Notes: generated from the sequence alone by a model not told the origin. 64,000 nt of DNA from Gammaproteobacteria bacterium (GCA_965221695.1 OZ244905.1:1216001-1280000); one strand, 5' to 3'; positions 1 to 9,894 are shown, numbered from the stretch's first letter. Made by a program: numbers and translations.

Positions 1-525
1 CAGTGCGACAAAGCGTTGCCGCGTGCTCTGTTTCAAGTCCTTGAGCGCGCTCTGGTAGCCGGGGTTATAGGAAACCGTTAAACAGAACTCCGGCGGCGCT
101 TCCAGCAATTCGCCCAGTTTTTCTATCGACAGCAGCCGCCGATCATCACATAAGGAATGGATTACCACGGTTGTATCCTTCCTGGCCTCGACGATTTCAT
201 CCAGATAGCAGATGGCGCCGCTACGCACCGCGCGCGTTAACGGGCCATCAACCCAGACAGTCTCGCCGCCCTTGATCAGGTAGCGCCCGACCAGGTCGGA
301 AGAAGATAGATCATCATGGCAGGACACCGTGATCACCGGCCGGTCCAGACGCCAGCTCATATATTCCATGAACCGTGTTTTTCCACAGCCGGTGGGCCCC
401 TTCAGCAATACAGGCAGCCCGTTGGCAACGGCTGCCGCAAATATATCTATCTCGTTGCCGGCAGGCTCATAATACGGTTCTTGCCGGATCGCATATTCTT
501 CAAACCTGATGGTGTTGGCGCTCAT
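1..525 (-). CDS. CbbQ/NirQ/NorQ-family MoxR-type AAA+ ATPase (3' end runs off the window)
   Basis: Not in the ORF track; manual translation from ATG at 525 gives [21 protein letters not shown]...[16 protein letters not shown] (Walker A)...[14 protein letters not shown]...[13 protein letters not shown] (Walker B)...[20 protein letters not shown], typical CbbQ/NorQ motifs. Confidence 0.9.
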   Translation of the reverse strand, partial: MSANTIRFEEYAIRQEPYYEPAGNEIDIFAAAVANGLPVLLKGPTGCGKTRFMEYMSWRLDRPVITVSCHDDLSSSDLVGRYLIKGGETVWVDGPLTRAVRSGAICYLDEIVEARKDTTVVIHSLCDDRRLLSIEKLGELLEAPPEFCLTVSYNPGYQSALKDLKQSTRQRFVAL

Positions 526-527
526 CG

Positions 528-917
528 TCAGTCATACTTGATGTACTTGAAGCGCTGGTCGTCCGGTGTGCCGTCCAGGGCGCTGTCTTCGTCCACGCCC
601 GGTTGCCACATGATCACGTCTTCGATCTTTTTTGCCAGCTCGAAATCCTTGTCGGTCACCCCTTTGGCCGCATGGTTCATCAGTTTGACGATGACGAAGG
701 CATAGCTTGCAGTCAGGTCAGGATGGTGCCAGCCCGCTTCAGCCAGGTGACCGACCGTATTGATCACCATCAGCGTGCCTTTCCAGCCGCTGGTCTTGTA
801 CTTGCGGCGGATCCAGCCGTCTTCGTAATACCAGTTTGGCAGTTCTTCCTTGAGCCGCTGTTCTATCTCGGCCACCTCGTAGGTGGCATCTTTCGTTTCT
901 TTACGCCACTTTGCCAT
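528..917 (-). CDS. Pterin-4a-carbinolamine dehydratase family protein (PcbD type of H4MPT clusters)
   Basis: [13 protein letters not shown] motif, H-A[11 protein letters not shown]; start placed at MAKWRK (917), ORF track extends to 941. Confidence 0.85.
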   Translation of the reverse strand: MAKWRKETKDATYEVAEIEQRLKEELPNWYYEDGWIRRKYKTSGWKGTLMVINTVGHLAEAGWHHPDLTASYAFVIVKLMNHAAKGVTDKDFELAKKIEDVIMWQPGVDEDSALDGTPDDQRFKYIKYD

Positions 918-944
918 GGTAATACCTCTGTTTTTGCCCATTGT

Positions 945-1649
945 TCACGCGGATATTGTAGCAAATCGTTGCTTGCCGGGAATCAGCTTCCTGATGGCGG
1001 CGACTTGCGCGCCGTCCAGCTCTGAAGTGCGCCGGTTCTGTTTGCACAACGCGCCACGAAATCCCAGGTAGTTCGGGCCGATGCGCAGCAACGGCGGGAT
1101 GTCCGCGCGAGTAAGCGAGCCCGCCAGGCCGTTGATCAGCCCTGCGCGCCCGGCCTCTCGCACGAACCCGGCCAGGGCGCCGTCGTCAAGCTTGTCCCGC
1201 AGGTTGCCGTTTGCCTTCTCGCAGGTATCCAGCATCACTCCCATGATGCCGATGCGCCGGAGCCGGCGGAAGTCGACCGCAGGCGGATACAGCTCGGCAA
1301 AAAATACCAGGACAATACGGATGCCCCCGGACGTAAGCCGGTCCAGGACGGAGAGCATGAATGGCGACAGGGTTTTGTCAAAAACACCGACCTTAACGAT
1401 ATCGACGCCGCAGTCGTGCATCGCGATCACCGCGCTCTCAAGTTCGGCGGCGTAGGCCGGGAGATCGCCCACCGTGGCGCTGAGCGTGGCGCCCTCATCC
1501 ATCGATGCGACTATGGCGCGCACGCTGGCCTGGTCCAGCGCGCCCAGCGCGCCGCTGGCCGGATCTTTCAAATCAATCACATCCGCGCCTTGCGCGCAGA
1601 CCAGTCGCGCCTCATCCACGGATGAAACGCTGGCAAGGAATCCTGTCAT
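945..1649 (-). CDS. mfnB: (5-formylfuran-3-yl)methyl phosphate synthase (MfnB/DUF556 family)
   Basis: LASV...ADVIDLKDP.SGALGA, SATVGD, VKVG, GVMLDT..K, GLAGSL, LGFRGALC motifs; context of C1-cofactor genes. Confidence 0.85.
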   Translation of the reverse strand: MTGFLASVSSVDEARLVCAQGADVIDLKDPASGALGALDQASVRAIVASMDEGATLSATVGDLPAYAAELESAVIAMHDCGVDIVKVGVFDKTLSPFMLSVLDRLTSGGIRIVLVFFAELYPPAVDFRRLRRIGIMGVMLDTCEKANGNLRDKLDDGALAGFVREAGRAGLINGLAGSLTRADIPPLLRIGPNYLGFRGALCKQNRRTSELDGAQVAAIRKLIPGKQRFATISA

Positions 1650-1652
1650 GAT

Positions 1653-2231
1653 TTATCTCTTATCAGCATTGCTGGAATTATCCGCATAATATTGTTCAAC
1701 CTTATCCGTCAGCCATTGCCACGCAGTACGCTCATTCTCTCCCGCGGTCTTGCCGACGGCAATGCCCAGGTATTCCAGTTCAGAGCGGATCTTGTGTTCC
1801 GGCAACAGGTGCAAGCGGCTTACCAGGATTGCCGCTTCAATCACTGCGGCCTGGGCGCGGTTGAAACCCCGGAACGGCCCATGGGTCGCTGCATGCGTCT
1901 GCCGGCAGGTAAATACCGGACGCAATTCGTCATCCTTGCGGCTCTCAACCCGGACTTCCACATGCGCCAGCGCAGCGGACAGGCGTTTGCAGGCGATATG
2001 GGTCGCATCCACCACCGGCCAGTCATTGCGCCCGGTCAGGCAACCGGCAAAGATCAATACATCGTCGGTGGTGTTAATCACCGCCACGCCGGAGTGTAGC
2101 AGATTATCCAGGGTGCGGGACGGTTTGAATGGCGCAATCAGGTATTTTCCGTCTTCATCGCGAATACCCATCGGCGCAATGTGCACGCTGCCGTCTGGGT
2201 TCATCGTGGTAATCACCGTTTCGTAGATCAT
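1653..2231 (-). CDS. DUF447 family protein (H4MPT-cluster Orf19-like)
   Basis: MIYETVITT...HIAPMG...APFKPSRTLDNL...GFNRAQAAVIEAAILVSRL; conserved position between the DHPS-like gene and mfnB. Confidence 0.8.
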   Translation of the reverse strand: MIYETVITTMNPDGSVHIAPMGIRDEDGKYLIAPFKPSRTLDNLLHSGVAVINTTDDVLIFAGCLTGRNDWPVVDATHIACKRLSAALAHVEVRVESRKDDELRPVFTCRQTHAATHGPFRGFNRAQAAVIEAAILVSRLHLLPEHKIRSELEYLGIAVGKTAGENERTAWQWLTDKVEQYYADNSSNADKR

Positions 2232-2237
2232 CGCTGC

Positions 2238-3686
2238 TCAGAACTTGCGCCGTTTTGCCTTTAAGGTTGAACCGGCAGGTTTGTATTCCTGCGCGGCCCG
2301 GCTTTTCATGTCATGTGCGGAACGCCGGCGTTGTTCCTGTTCCTCGGCCTGTTCGGGGACGACCGCGACGCCCCAGTTCAGGTCTTCGTCCTGCAGGTAA
2401 CGCTTGCCCAGTTTCAGTGCGGCTTCCGCCTTTGCCAGCTCGGCGCCCATATAGAAGGCATGCGGGGCATCTTCCTGCAACAACGTCAGCGCCGGGAACA
2501 GCTCATAAGGGTCTTGTCCGGTAACCAGGCCATCCCGATTGAATACGTGAATGCCCTCCGGCGTGACTTCCACCCGGTAGCTGGGATCAGTGATCTGGTC
2601 GGCCAGTTCCCTGATCTCATCCAGGTCATACGGGAACGGCTTGCGCTCATGGCCGGTCAGCAAGCCGCGGTGGATGCCTTTCGGCAGCCCTTCATCCTGT
2701 TTCGCCGCATGCATGATGCGCCGCGCCAGGTCCAGTTCGCGCACCACTGAGCAGGCATGCGGGCTGACTTCGGTCGCCAGCACATGGTTGATGTCCAGTT
2801 CCGATATGATACCGCACAGCATGGCATTGATGCCGCTGGTATCGGCTTCGGTCAACTCGGTGAGGTTACCGGTACCCATCATGATCTCAATGCCGGGATA
2901 GCGTTCCCGCAACGCGTGGTAACGCAGTATGGAAGCGGTGAAACCGAAGTGGATCGGGTCCAGGATACTGTCCGCAATGAACGGTTTGTCCTGCGCGATG
3001 AACTTGTCAATGAGCCGGCATAGCGAGGACATGTCGGTGTGCTGTTGCGGGATCAGGACCGGAATCGCCGCGGTCTCGTCGGCTATCCAGGCGTTGCCTT
3101 CATGCAGGCTGAGCAGGTAATCGGCGCCCGCGTTTGCGCCGCGCAGCAGTTCTTCGCTGTCCAGGGAGTCGACGCTGACCGTGTATTCTTGTTCATGCAG
3201 GGCGCGCACAACGTCTTCAAGGTGCGGAAACGGCGTATCCGGCAGGCACCCGATATCAATCACGTCGGCCCCGTCCCGTTTGTACCGGGCGGCCCGGGCG
3301 AGGATCTGATCGACATCGATCTGCGGCGCTTCCACTATCTCGGCAAAAATGCCCATATGGTACTGATCGAGGTTGACCGCTTGCGCCGCACGCCCGAAAA
3401 AAACCGGCAAGTCTTTCACATCCACGCTGCCGCGCTGCACCGGCACGCCCAGGGTCTTGCCCAGCGCGTCCAGGTCGCCCTGACACAGGCCCGGCACTAC
3501 GATGCGGTCGACTCCATCCAGGTCCTGCAGCCGGCGGCCGATCATCTGCGCAGTCATCAGCGCGGCGACGCTGACGCCTATGTTGCGTATCTCGTAGTCA
3601 AACTCCAGCGGTTGCATGCCGTCCAGTACGCGTTGCAGGCGTTTTTCCGCAAGTTTGCCGGTGAGAAAGAGAATATGTTCGGTCAT
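2238..3686 (-). CDS. Dihydropteroate synthase-like methanopterin biosynthesis protein (Orf20-like)
   Basis: N-terminal ILFLTGKLA domain, GADVIDIGC, VSVDS, DPIHFGF, MMGTGNLTELTEAD, C-terminal HAFYMGAELAKA...YxQD. Confidence 0.85.
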   Translation of the reverse strand: MTEHILFLTGKLAEKRLQRVLDGMQPLEFDYEIRNIGVSVAALMTAQMIGRRLQDLDGVDRIVVPGLCQGDLDALGKTLGVPVQRGSVDVKDLPVFFGRAAQAVNLDQYHMGIFAEIVEAPQIDVDQILARAARYKRDGADVIDIGCLPDTPFPHLEDVVRALHEQEYTVSVDSLDSEELLRGANAGADYLLSLHEGNAWIADETAAIPVLIPQQHTDMSSLCRLIDKFIAQDKPFIADSILDPIHFGFTASILRYHALRERYPGIEIMMGTGNLTELTEADTSGINAMLCGIISELDINHVLATEVSPHACSVVRELDLARRIMHAAKQDEGLPKGIHRGLLTGHERKPFPYDLDEIRELADQITDPSYRVEVTPEGIHVFNRDGLVTGQDPYELFPALTLLQEDAPHAFYMGAELAKAEAALKLGKRYLQDEDLNWGVAVVPEQAEEQEQRRRSAHDMKSRAAQEYKPAGSTLKAKRRKF

Positions 3687-3737
3687 GGTTTATCTGATGT
3701 ATGCGCCGATTACGCCTGTTCGCGCAGATAATATAAA

Positions 3738-3805
3738 GGAAACTCGGAACAAGTCCATCCTGGACTTGTCAGAGTACGGAACCTCTGACTTGATTCAGCC
3801 GTTCC
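3738..3805. mobile_element. Internally deleted (68 bp) copy of the IS5-like MITE family
   Basis: GGAAACTCGGAACAAGTCCATCCTGGACTTGTCAGAGTACG joined directly to GAACCTCTGACTTGATTCAGCCGTTCC; both ends match the 151-bp copies; flanks TAAA/TGAA. Confidence 0.75.
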
Positions 3806-3916
3806 TGAACAAAACAGCCGGTAATCGAATCATGATTGGTCCATAAGAACCAAATCCTTATCGGGTGGTTTAATATAACGACTTGTACTGTTATAATTGT
3901 TTTCTTTTTGAAAAGA

Positions 3917-3984
3917 TAACTAATTGTTTTATATGACTTATTTTTTCTTTGGAAAACACTGTACGGTTTGGCATGATTTTCGCT
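3917..3984 (+). promoter_or_regulatory. Putative sigma54 (-24/-12) promoter with upstream IHF-like site for pqqCDE
   Basis: TGGCATGATTTTCGCT at 3969-3984 (GG-N10-GC); TAACTAATTGTTT at 3917-3929 is one mismatch from WATCAANNNNTTR on the minus strand, within an AT-rich tract. Confidence 0.55.
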
Positions 3985-4012
3985 CTCATTTTAGGAGCAG
4001 ATTAACGAAAAG

Positions 4013-4753
4013 ATGAAAATGGGTATGACAGAAACACAGGCTCCCTGGTCCCGGCAAGAGTTCGAGCAGCGTTTGCGCGATAAGGAGAAATACTACCATA
4101 TTCATCATCCGTTCCACGTGTTGATGAATTCGGGACAACTCGACAAGCCGGCGATACAGGGCTGGGTCGCGAACCGGTTTTATTACCAGACCAGCATTCC
4201 TGTGAAGGACGCTGCGATCATGGCCAACTGCCGTGAGCGGGACGTGAGGCGCCAGTGGGTGCAACGCATTATCGACCACGACGGCCAGCAGGGTGAAGAC
4301 GGCGGTATCGAGGCCTGGCTGCAACTGGGCGAGGCCGTGGGCCTTAAGCGGAGCGAATTGGTCTCCGAGGAACGGGTGTTGCCCGGTGTGCGCTTTGCGA
4401 TAGATGCTTACTACAACTTTGCCCGCACGGCCACCTGGCAGGAAGCTGCGTGTTCATCGCTTACGGAACTGTTCGCCCCGAAGATACACCAGAAGCGGCT
4501 GGACAACTGGCCGCAACATTACACCTGGATAGATGCGAAGGGATATAACTACTTCCGCAAGCGGTTGAGCGAAGCAAGACGGGATGTGCAGCACGGCCTT
4601 GACGTCACCCTGGACTATTTCAGGACGCGCGCTGACCAGGAGCGGGCGCTGAACATTCTGCAACTGAAGCTGGACATACTGTGGACGATGCTGGACGCGA
4701 TGTGGATGGCCTATATTGAAAACAAACCGCCGTATCATTGCGTGGAAGCATGA
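4013..4753 (+). CDS. pqqC: Pyrroloquinoline-quinone synthase PqqC
   Basis: [54 protein letters not shown]. Confidence 0.97.
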   Translation: MKMGMTETQAPWSRQEFEQRLRDKEKYYHIHHPFHVLMNSGQLDKPAIQGWVANRFYYQTSIPVKDAAIMANCRERDVRRQWVQRIIDHDGQQGEDGGIEAWLQLGEAVGLKRSELVSEERVLPGVRFAIDAYYNFARTATWQEAACSSLTELFAPKIHQKRLDNWPQHYTWIDAKGYNYFRKRLSEARRDVQHGLDVTLDYFRTRADQERALNILQLKLDILWTMLDAMWMAYIENKPPYHCVEA

Positions 4754-5013
4754 GCAATATTCCTGAAATCGCCCCGACCTTCCGTTTCCAATGGGAAGAA
4801 GCCCAGGACTGTTACGTGATCCTGTACCCGGAGGGGATGGTTAAACTCAGCGGCAGCGCCGGTGAGATCATGAAACGCTGCGATGGCGTCAAGAGCACCG
4901 ATGAGATCATCGCCGAGTTGGAAACAGCGTTTCCCGGGGCAGACCTTGAAAACGATGTGCGTACCTTTTTTGACAATGCGAGAAACAATGGCTGGATCAG
5001 ATACAAATCGTAG
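4750..5013 (+). CDS. pqqD: PQQ biosynthesis peptide chaperone PqqD
   Basis: [30 protein letters not shown]; ATGA overlap with pqqC. Confidence 0.95.
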   Translation: MSNIPEIAPTFRFQWEEAQDCYVILYPEGMVKLSGSAGEIMKRCDGVKSTDEIIAELETAFPGADLENDVRTFFDNARNNGWIRYKS

Positions 5014-6139
5014 CAAACCACTGTGGCTGTTGGCTGAACTTACCTACCGGTGTCCGTTGCAATGCCCTTACTGCTCCAACCCGGTGGAGATCGCCAAGTA
5101 CAACGACGAACTCGACACCGAGGACTGGATCAGGGTTTTGCAGCAGGCGCGTAAAATGGGCGCAACGCAACTGGGGTTCTCCGGCGGCGAACCCCTGGTG
5201 CGGCGCGACCTGGAAGAGCTGATTGCCGAAGCAAGACGCCTGGGTTATTACACCAACCTGATCACCTCCGGAGTCGGCATGGATGCGCAGCGGGTAAAAG
5301 CCTTCAAGGACGCGGGGCTGGACCATATCCAGATCAGTTTCCAGGCCAGCAATGAAGAGTTGAACAATTATCTCGGCGGCAGCAAAAGTTTCCGCCACAA
5401 ACAGGAGATGGCCAGGGTGGTCAAGGAGTTTGAGTACCCGATGGTGCTGAATATCGTGCTGCACCGGAAAAATGTTGACCAGATCCGGGATATCCTGGAC
5501 ATGACCGTGGATCTGAACGCCGATTACGTGGAACTGGCCAGCACCCAGTATTACGGCTGGTCCAGGGTCAATATCGACCAGTTGCTGCCGACCCGGGAGC
5601 AACTTGTAAAGGCCGAGGCCGTGGCCAAGGAGTACCAGGAGAAGATGAAGGACAGGATGAAAATCATTTATGTGATCCCGGATTATTTCGAAAACCGTCC
5701 CAAGGCCTGTATGAATGGCTGGGGGTCAATCTTCCTGACCATCGCCCCGGATGGCAGCGCGCTGCCATGCCATGCCGCGGCCCAGTTGCCGGGGCTGGAG
5801 TTCCCCAACGTCAGGGACCACAGTATCGATCACATCTGGAACGACTCCGATGCGTTCAACAAATACCGCGGCTTCGACTGGATGCAGGAACCCTGCAGGA
5901 GTTGCCCGGAAAAGGAAAAGGACTTCGGCGGCTGCCGCTGCCAGGCTTACATGCTGACCGGGGACGCGACCAACGCCGACCCCGTCTGCGATAAATCTCC
6001 CCACCACCGGCAGTTGCATGCGGACGTGGAACGGATCGGCGTCCTGTCCGGGACAAAAGAGCTCGAAAGCAAGCCACTGGTGTTCCGGAATATGCGAAAC
6101 TCGAAGGAACTGAGCCGGGAAACAGCTACTACGATTTAG
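4988..6139 (+). CDS. pqqE: Radical SAM/SPASM protein PqqE
   Basis: [19 protein letters not shown] (CX3CX2C), [23 protein letters not shown] motif; start placed at ATG 4988. Confidence 0.97.
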   Translation: MAGSDTNRSKPLWLLAELTYRCPLQCPYCSNPVEIAKYNDELDTEDWIRVLQQARKMGATQLGFSGGEPLVRRDLEELIAEARRLGYYTNLITSGVGMDAQRVKAFKDAGLDHIQISFQASNEELNNYLGGSKSFRHKQEMARVVKEFEYPMVLNIVLHRKNVDQIRDILDMTVDLNADYVELASTQYYGWSRVNIDQLLPTREQLVKAEAVAKEYQEKMKDRMKIIYVIPDYFENRPKACMNGWGSIFLTIAPDGSALPCHAAAQLPGLEFPNVRDHSIDHIWNDSDAFNKYRGFDWMQEPCRSCPEKEKDFGGCRCQAYMLTGDATNADPVCDKSPHHRQLHADVERIGVLSGTKELESKPLVFRNMRNSKELSRETATTI

Positions 6140-6155
6140 ACCGGAATGGGATTAC

Positions 6156-6998
6156 TTAAGCCCTCTGTCTTCTGACCAGAGCCCAGGTTACGTCCAGCGC
6201 TTGGCGGTTTTCTTTTATATCATGCACGCGTAGTATGTGGACGCCGGCCTGCGTGCCGATGGTCGTAGTGGCGCAGGTTGCGCCCACCAGTTCGCTGTAG
6301 CGCGTGATATCGCAAATCGAGCCCATGAAGCGTTTCCGGCTCGCGCCCAGCAATACCTTGTAGCCGGTTGCGGTAAAACTGCCGAGGTTGACTATGATGT
6401 CCAGGTTGTCGCGTTTGGATTTACCGAAACCGATGCCCGGATCGAGTACCAGGTTTTCTCGCCTGATGCCTGCATCTTCGGCGGCCGTGGCGCGTTCAAG
6501 CAGGAATGACCTGATCTCAGCCACGACATCGTCATAGTGCGGGTTATCCTGCATGGTCTTTGGTTTTCCCTGCATGTGCATGATGATGTACATCACCCCG
6601 GCTTCGGCAACCAGCTTGAACATCCCGGGATCGTCCCGTCCCGCGGAAATATCATTGACGATGGTAGCTCCCTGTTCCAGCGCGGCGCCGGCGACCCGGG
6701 CCGAAGTCGTATCGATACTGATGGGGATATCCGCCGGCAGTTCCTGTTGCAACCGCCTGATCACCGGGATCACCCGCTGCAACTGTTCCTCCGCAGATAC
6801 CGGCGCCGCACCCGGGCGGGTGGATTCACCGCCGACATCAATAATATCCGCGCCCTGCTCCACCATTTCGCAGGCGCGCGCAACGGCCTTGTCCTGATCA
6901 TGGTGCTGACCACCGTCGGAGAAACTGTCCGGGGTCACGTTGAGGACACCCATCAGCAAAGGTTTGGCGGCATCCTGTTGATGGTTTACCTTAACCAC
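6156..6998 (-). CDS. folP: Dihydropteroate synthase
   Basis: MGVLNVTPDSFSDGG, DVGGESTRPGA, DPGIGFGK, GASRKRF, LRVHD. Confidence 0.95.
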   Translation of the reverse strand: MVKVNHQQDAAKPLLMGVLNVTPDSFSDGGQHHDQDKAVARACEMVEQGADIIDVGGESTRPGAAPVSAEEQLQRVIPVIRRLQQELPADIPISIDTTSARVAGAALEQGATIVNDISAGRDDPGMFKLVAEAGVMYIIMHMQGKPKTMQDNPHYDDVVAEIRSFLLERATAAEDAGIRRENLVLDPGIGFGKSKRDNLDIIVNLGSFTATGYKVLLGASRKRFMGSICDITRYSELVGATCATTTIGTQAGVHILRVHDIKENRQALDVTWALVRRQRA

Positions 6999-7933
6999 TT
7001 TGCCATCTCATCAGTTGCAGTCACCAGCGCATCCACCATGACCGGCTCGCCGGCCAGGTGGCCTCCTTCCTCGACGATCACCAGGTCAGCGTCTGGCAAG
7101 GCCTGGCGCAGAGACCAGGACGCTTCCAGGGTACAGGTCAGGTCCCGGCGCCCGTGGATAATCCGGACCGGCACGGACGGGAGCGACGCGATACTATCCA
7201 ATATCTGGTTCTCATCGATAAAATAGCGATTCTTGGCATAATGGGTTTCGATCAATACCTCTTGCACAGCTTTTTCGGTATCTCCAGGGGTATAATCCGC
7301 ACCGGGGATCAGGTACGTCACCAGGCGCCCTGCCCATTTCGACCAGGCCAGGGCCGCAGTTTCCCTGGCTTTCCTGTCATCGCCATGAACTCGTCTGTGG
7401 TAGGCTGTGACCAGGTCAGTTCTTTCAGGTTCCGGTATGATTCCCACAAACTCCTGCCAGTAATCCGGAAAAACCCGGCTCGCGCCCTCACTGCTGAACC
7501 AGTCCAGGTCTTTTTGCCGGGCCAGGAAGGCGCCGCGCAGGATCAGACCCAAGACCCGTGAAGGGTAGGACTGCGCGTACAGCAACGCCAGGGTGGCGCC
7601 CCAGGAACCACCGAATACCAGCCATTGTTCTATGCCCAGGCGCTCCCTGATGTGTTCTATGTCCTGCAACAGTTTCGGAGTTGAATTATTGCGCGTCTCC
7701 CCGACCGGCGCCGAGCGATGACAGCCGCGCTGGTCGAACAGGACGACCCGGTATTTTTTTGGATTGAAGTAACGCCGATGATTCTCGTTGCAGCCTGAAC
7801 CCGGACCGCCGTGCAGGAATATCACCGGAATACCCTGCGGATTGCCGGCTTCCTCCACGTATATCGTATGTATCGGGTCCACCTTCAGGCGGTAGCTGTT
7901 GAATGCATCAATAACGGGGTATAACTCACGCAT
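6986..7933 (-). CDS. pip: Prolyl aminopeptidase (alpha/beta hydrolase, S33)
   Basis: LHGGPGSG, FDQRG, FGGSWG nucleophile elbow, HGRRD, GH. Confidence 0.93.
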   Translation of the reverse strand: MRELYPVIDAFNSYRLKVDPIHTIYVEEAGNPQGIPVIFLHGGPGSGCNENHRRYFNPKKYRVVLFDQRGCHRSAPVGETRNNSTPKLLQDIEHIRERLGIEQWLVFGGSWGATLALLYAQSYPSRVLGLILRGAFLARQKDLDWFSSEGASRVFPDYWQEFVGIIPEPERTDLVTAYHRRVHGDDRKARETAALAWSKWAGRLVTYLIPGADYTPGDTEKAVQEVLIETHYAKNRYFIDENQILDSIASLPSVPVRIIHGRRDLTCTLEASWSLRQALPDADLVIVEEGGHLAGEPVMVDALVTATDEMAKWLR

Positions 7934-8088
7934 GGCAGTACGATCTATGTCCGGACAGTTGCAGTTGGAAGCAAGTGACTAAATTATCACACAATCACAT
8001 CAATAGTCCCTGGCTGAGGGAGTGACAGGTTGCTGACAGCGGACAAACTCGTGGGACGTTATCCTGGGCCTGTTCAGGTGGTCTAAAC

Positions 8089-9039
8089 TTATATATCGCC
8101 CAGAATTTCTTCCCGTTTTTGTTGATACTCCTCCGCGCTGATCAGTTCCTTGTCGTGCAGTTCCTTCAAGGTCATCAGTCTTTGCTCAATGGTCTGGCTG
8201 GAATCATTCCCCGCTGAGGAAGATTGCATCTGCTTGCGCATCTTCGCCATTTCCAGGCGCATTTCGCGCCGTTCCCGCGCCAGCTTGTCCGCCTCGGCCT
8301 GCATGGCTGCGCTGGTCGCAGTTTGCTCCGGCGCCGCTTGTTGCGCTTTTTCCGCCAGGTACACTGCCGCCGCTTGTTCCAGGTCGATCTCTATCCAGTC
8401 CCGGCGGGATTTCCCGCCATCGATATGCGGCTCAACGCCGGCCATGGCTACAATTGTACCCTTGAACCCGGCCGACTTTGCCCTGCGTCCGTGTTTGAAG
8501 TATTGTTTCGATTCCGTGATGCCATGGCTTTTTTCAACCGTTTCCTTGAACCTGTCGCCTTCGTTGTCGTAATCACCAATGATGAGATGTAACTTGCCGT
8601 CCAGGTAAAAGGCACGGCCTCCCGTGTAACCCGTATTCTGGAGCACCATGTATTTCTTTTCCGAACGGGCCAGCACAAACACGATATCCTGGTCCGGCCT
8701 GGCCTTGGACAGACCGGCGCTAATGTATTGTCCAAGCAAACGTGACTGTTGCAGCGAGAACAGCGACTTGAGTTTTTTCTTCTTGAACAAGCCGCCGCCA
8801 CTCCAGGCCTGAAGCCCCTCAAGGGCGTTGCTTACCTGGCCTGGATTCAACTGTACCGGGTGCTGGTTGGGTGGCGTCACATCTTTTTTTGACTGGTCCT
8901 GGTCCGTGAGCCGGATATACAGGTTGGCGCCGGATTTCCACAGATCCTCATCATTGGCGCCAAAATTGGGCAACAAATCAGCTTGGATAATGCCGGGGAA
9001 TGAAAGCAGGATGACTAGCAGAGCACAGGGTTTCATCAA
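8089..9039 (-). CDS. Exported protein with coiled coil and C-terminal SHOCT domain
   Basis: N-terminal signal peptide; C-terminus IEQRLMTLKELHDKELISAEEYQQKREEIL fits the SHOCT pattern. Confidence 0.7.
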   Translation of the reverse strand: MMKPCALLVILLSFPGIIQADLLPNFGANDEDLWKSGANLYIRLTDQDQSKKDVTPPNQHPVQLNPGQVSNALEGLQAWSGGGLFKKKKLKSLFSLQQSRLLGQYISAGLSKARPDQDIVFVLARSEKKYMVLQNTGYTGGRAFYLDGKLHLIIGDYDNEGDRFKETVEKSHGITESKQYFKHGRRAKSAGFKGTIVAMAGVEPHIDGGKSRRDWIEIDLEQAAAVYLAEKAQQAAPEQTATSAAMQAEADKLARERREMRLEMAKMRKQMQSSSAGNDSSQTIEQRLMTLKELHDKELISAEEYQQKREEILGDI

Positions 9040-9067
9040 TATCTTATACCGTTATAAAAGTTGCGGT

Positions 9068-9742
9068 TTATCCGGGCAAGAGAAACAGCTTTAAAGCGGC
9101 GATCAGCGAACCTGTGAACGCGGCTTGGATGAGGAATATTTTCACCGTCAGCCGCAATTCCATTTTCTCCATGTCGCCACGCAGGGAAATTTCCATTTTC
9201 TCCATGTCTCCACGCAAAGATATTTCCATTTTCTCCATATCGCTGCGAATCGCGGTTTCCATCTTCTCCATATCGCTGCGAATCGAAGTTTCCATGTTCT
9301 CCATATCGCTACGAAGCGATGCTTCCATCTTCTCCATGTCACCACGCAGATTCTCTATATCGCTACGAAGCGATGCTTCCATCTTCTCCATGTCACCACG
9401 CAGATTCTCTATATCGCTACGAAGCGATGCTTCCATCTTCTCCATGTCACCACGCAGATTCTCTATATCGCTACGAAGCGATGCTTCCATCTTCTCCGTG
9501 TCGCCACGCAGATTCTCTATATCGCTACGAAGCGATGTTTCCATCTTCTCCATGTCGCCCCGCAGATTCTCTATATCGCTACGAAGTGCAGTCTCCGTCC
9601 CAGCCAAGTCAGCCTTGGTCGCTACTCGCTCATTAATCGCATCTTGCACCAGTATCACCACCGATTCCGCTTGTTTGGCCTCCATGCCGGAGTCCTTCAA
9701 GCCTTGCGCCATCTTCAGCGTATCAAAAGCTACATCTGTCAT
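9068..9742 (-). CDS. DUF1640/CCDC90-like membrane-anchored coiled-coil protein with tandem repeats
   Basis: FDTLK.A..L..SG....QAE head, ATKADL neck, repetitive stalk, C-terminal hydrophobic helix; GGAGAGGG RBS before ATG 9742. Confidence 0.8.
   Translation of the reverse strand: MTDVAFDTLKMAQGLKDSGMEAKQAESVVILVQDAINERVATKADLAGTETALRSDIENLRGDMEKMETSLRSDIENLRGDTEKMEASLRSDIENLRGDMEKMEASLRSDIENLRGDMEKMEASLRSDIENLRGDMEKMEASLRSDMENMETSIRSDMEKMETAIRSDMEKMEISLRGDMEKMEISLRGDMEKMELRLTVKIFLIQAAFTGSLIAALKLFLLPG
9152..9586 (-). repeat. Intragenic tandem array: 5 x 54 bp followed by 5 x 33 bp
   Basis: Five LRSDIENLRGDMEKMEAS-like units then five LRGDMEKMEIS-like units; near-identical at DNA level. Confidence 0.92.
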
Positions 9743-9894
9743 TTTTCCCTCTCCGATCTCGTTGTTCATTTCACTTGGCCGGAACGCCGACCTATGCTCC
9801 GCAGGTCATAAACCCAGCGGGAGGCAGCCCGGATTATTGTTCCCTTTGCACCACTGCCGCATCCGGCGACAGTTCGGGACTGCTCTCAGGAGTT

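Noticed and set aside
1-917. Pterin-dehydratase-like gene next to cbbQ as a carboxysome/Rubisco assembly locus
   Set aside because: The protein keeps the HHP catalytic motif and follows H4MPT/methanofuran genes; no Rubisco or shell genes in the window
3687-4012. Hidden pqqA peptide gene
   Set aside because: No short ORF with the ExxxY core and typical PqqA leader was found upstream of pqqC
9152-9586. Regular repeats that might be a CRISPR array
   Set aside because: Head-to-tail units without unique spacers, lengths are multiples of three, they lie in an open coiled-coil ORF, and no cas genes are present
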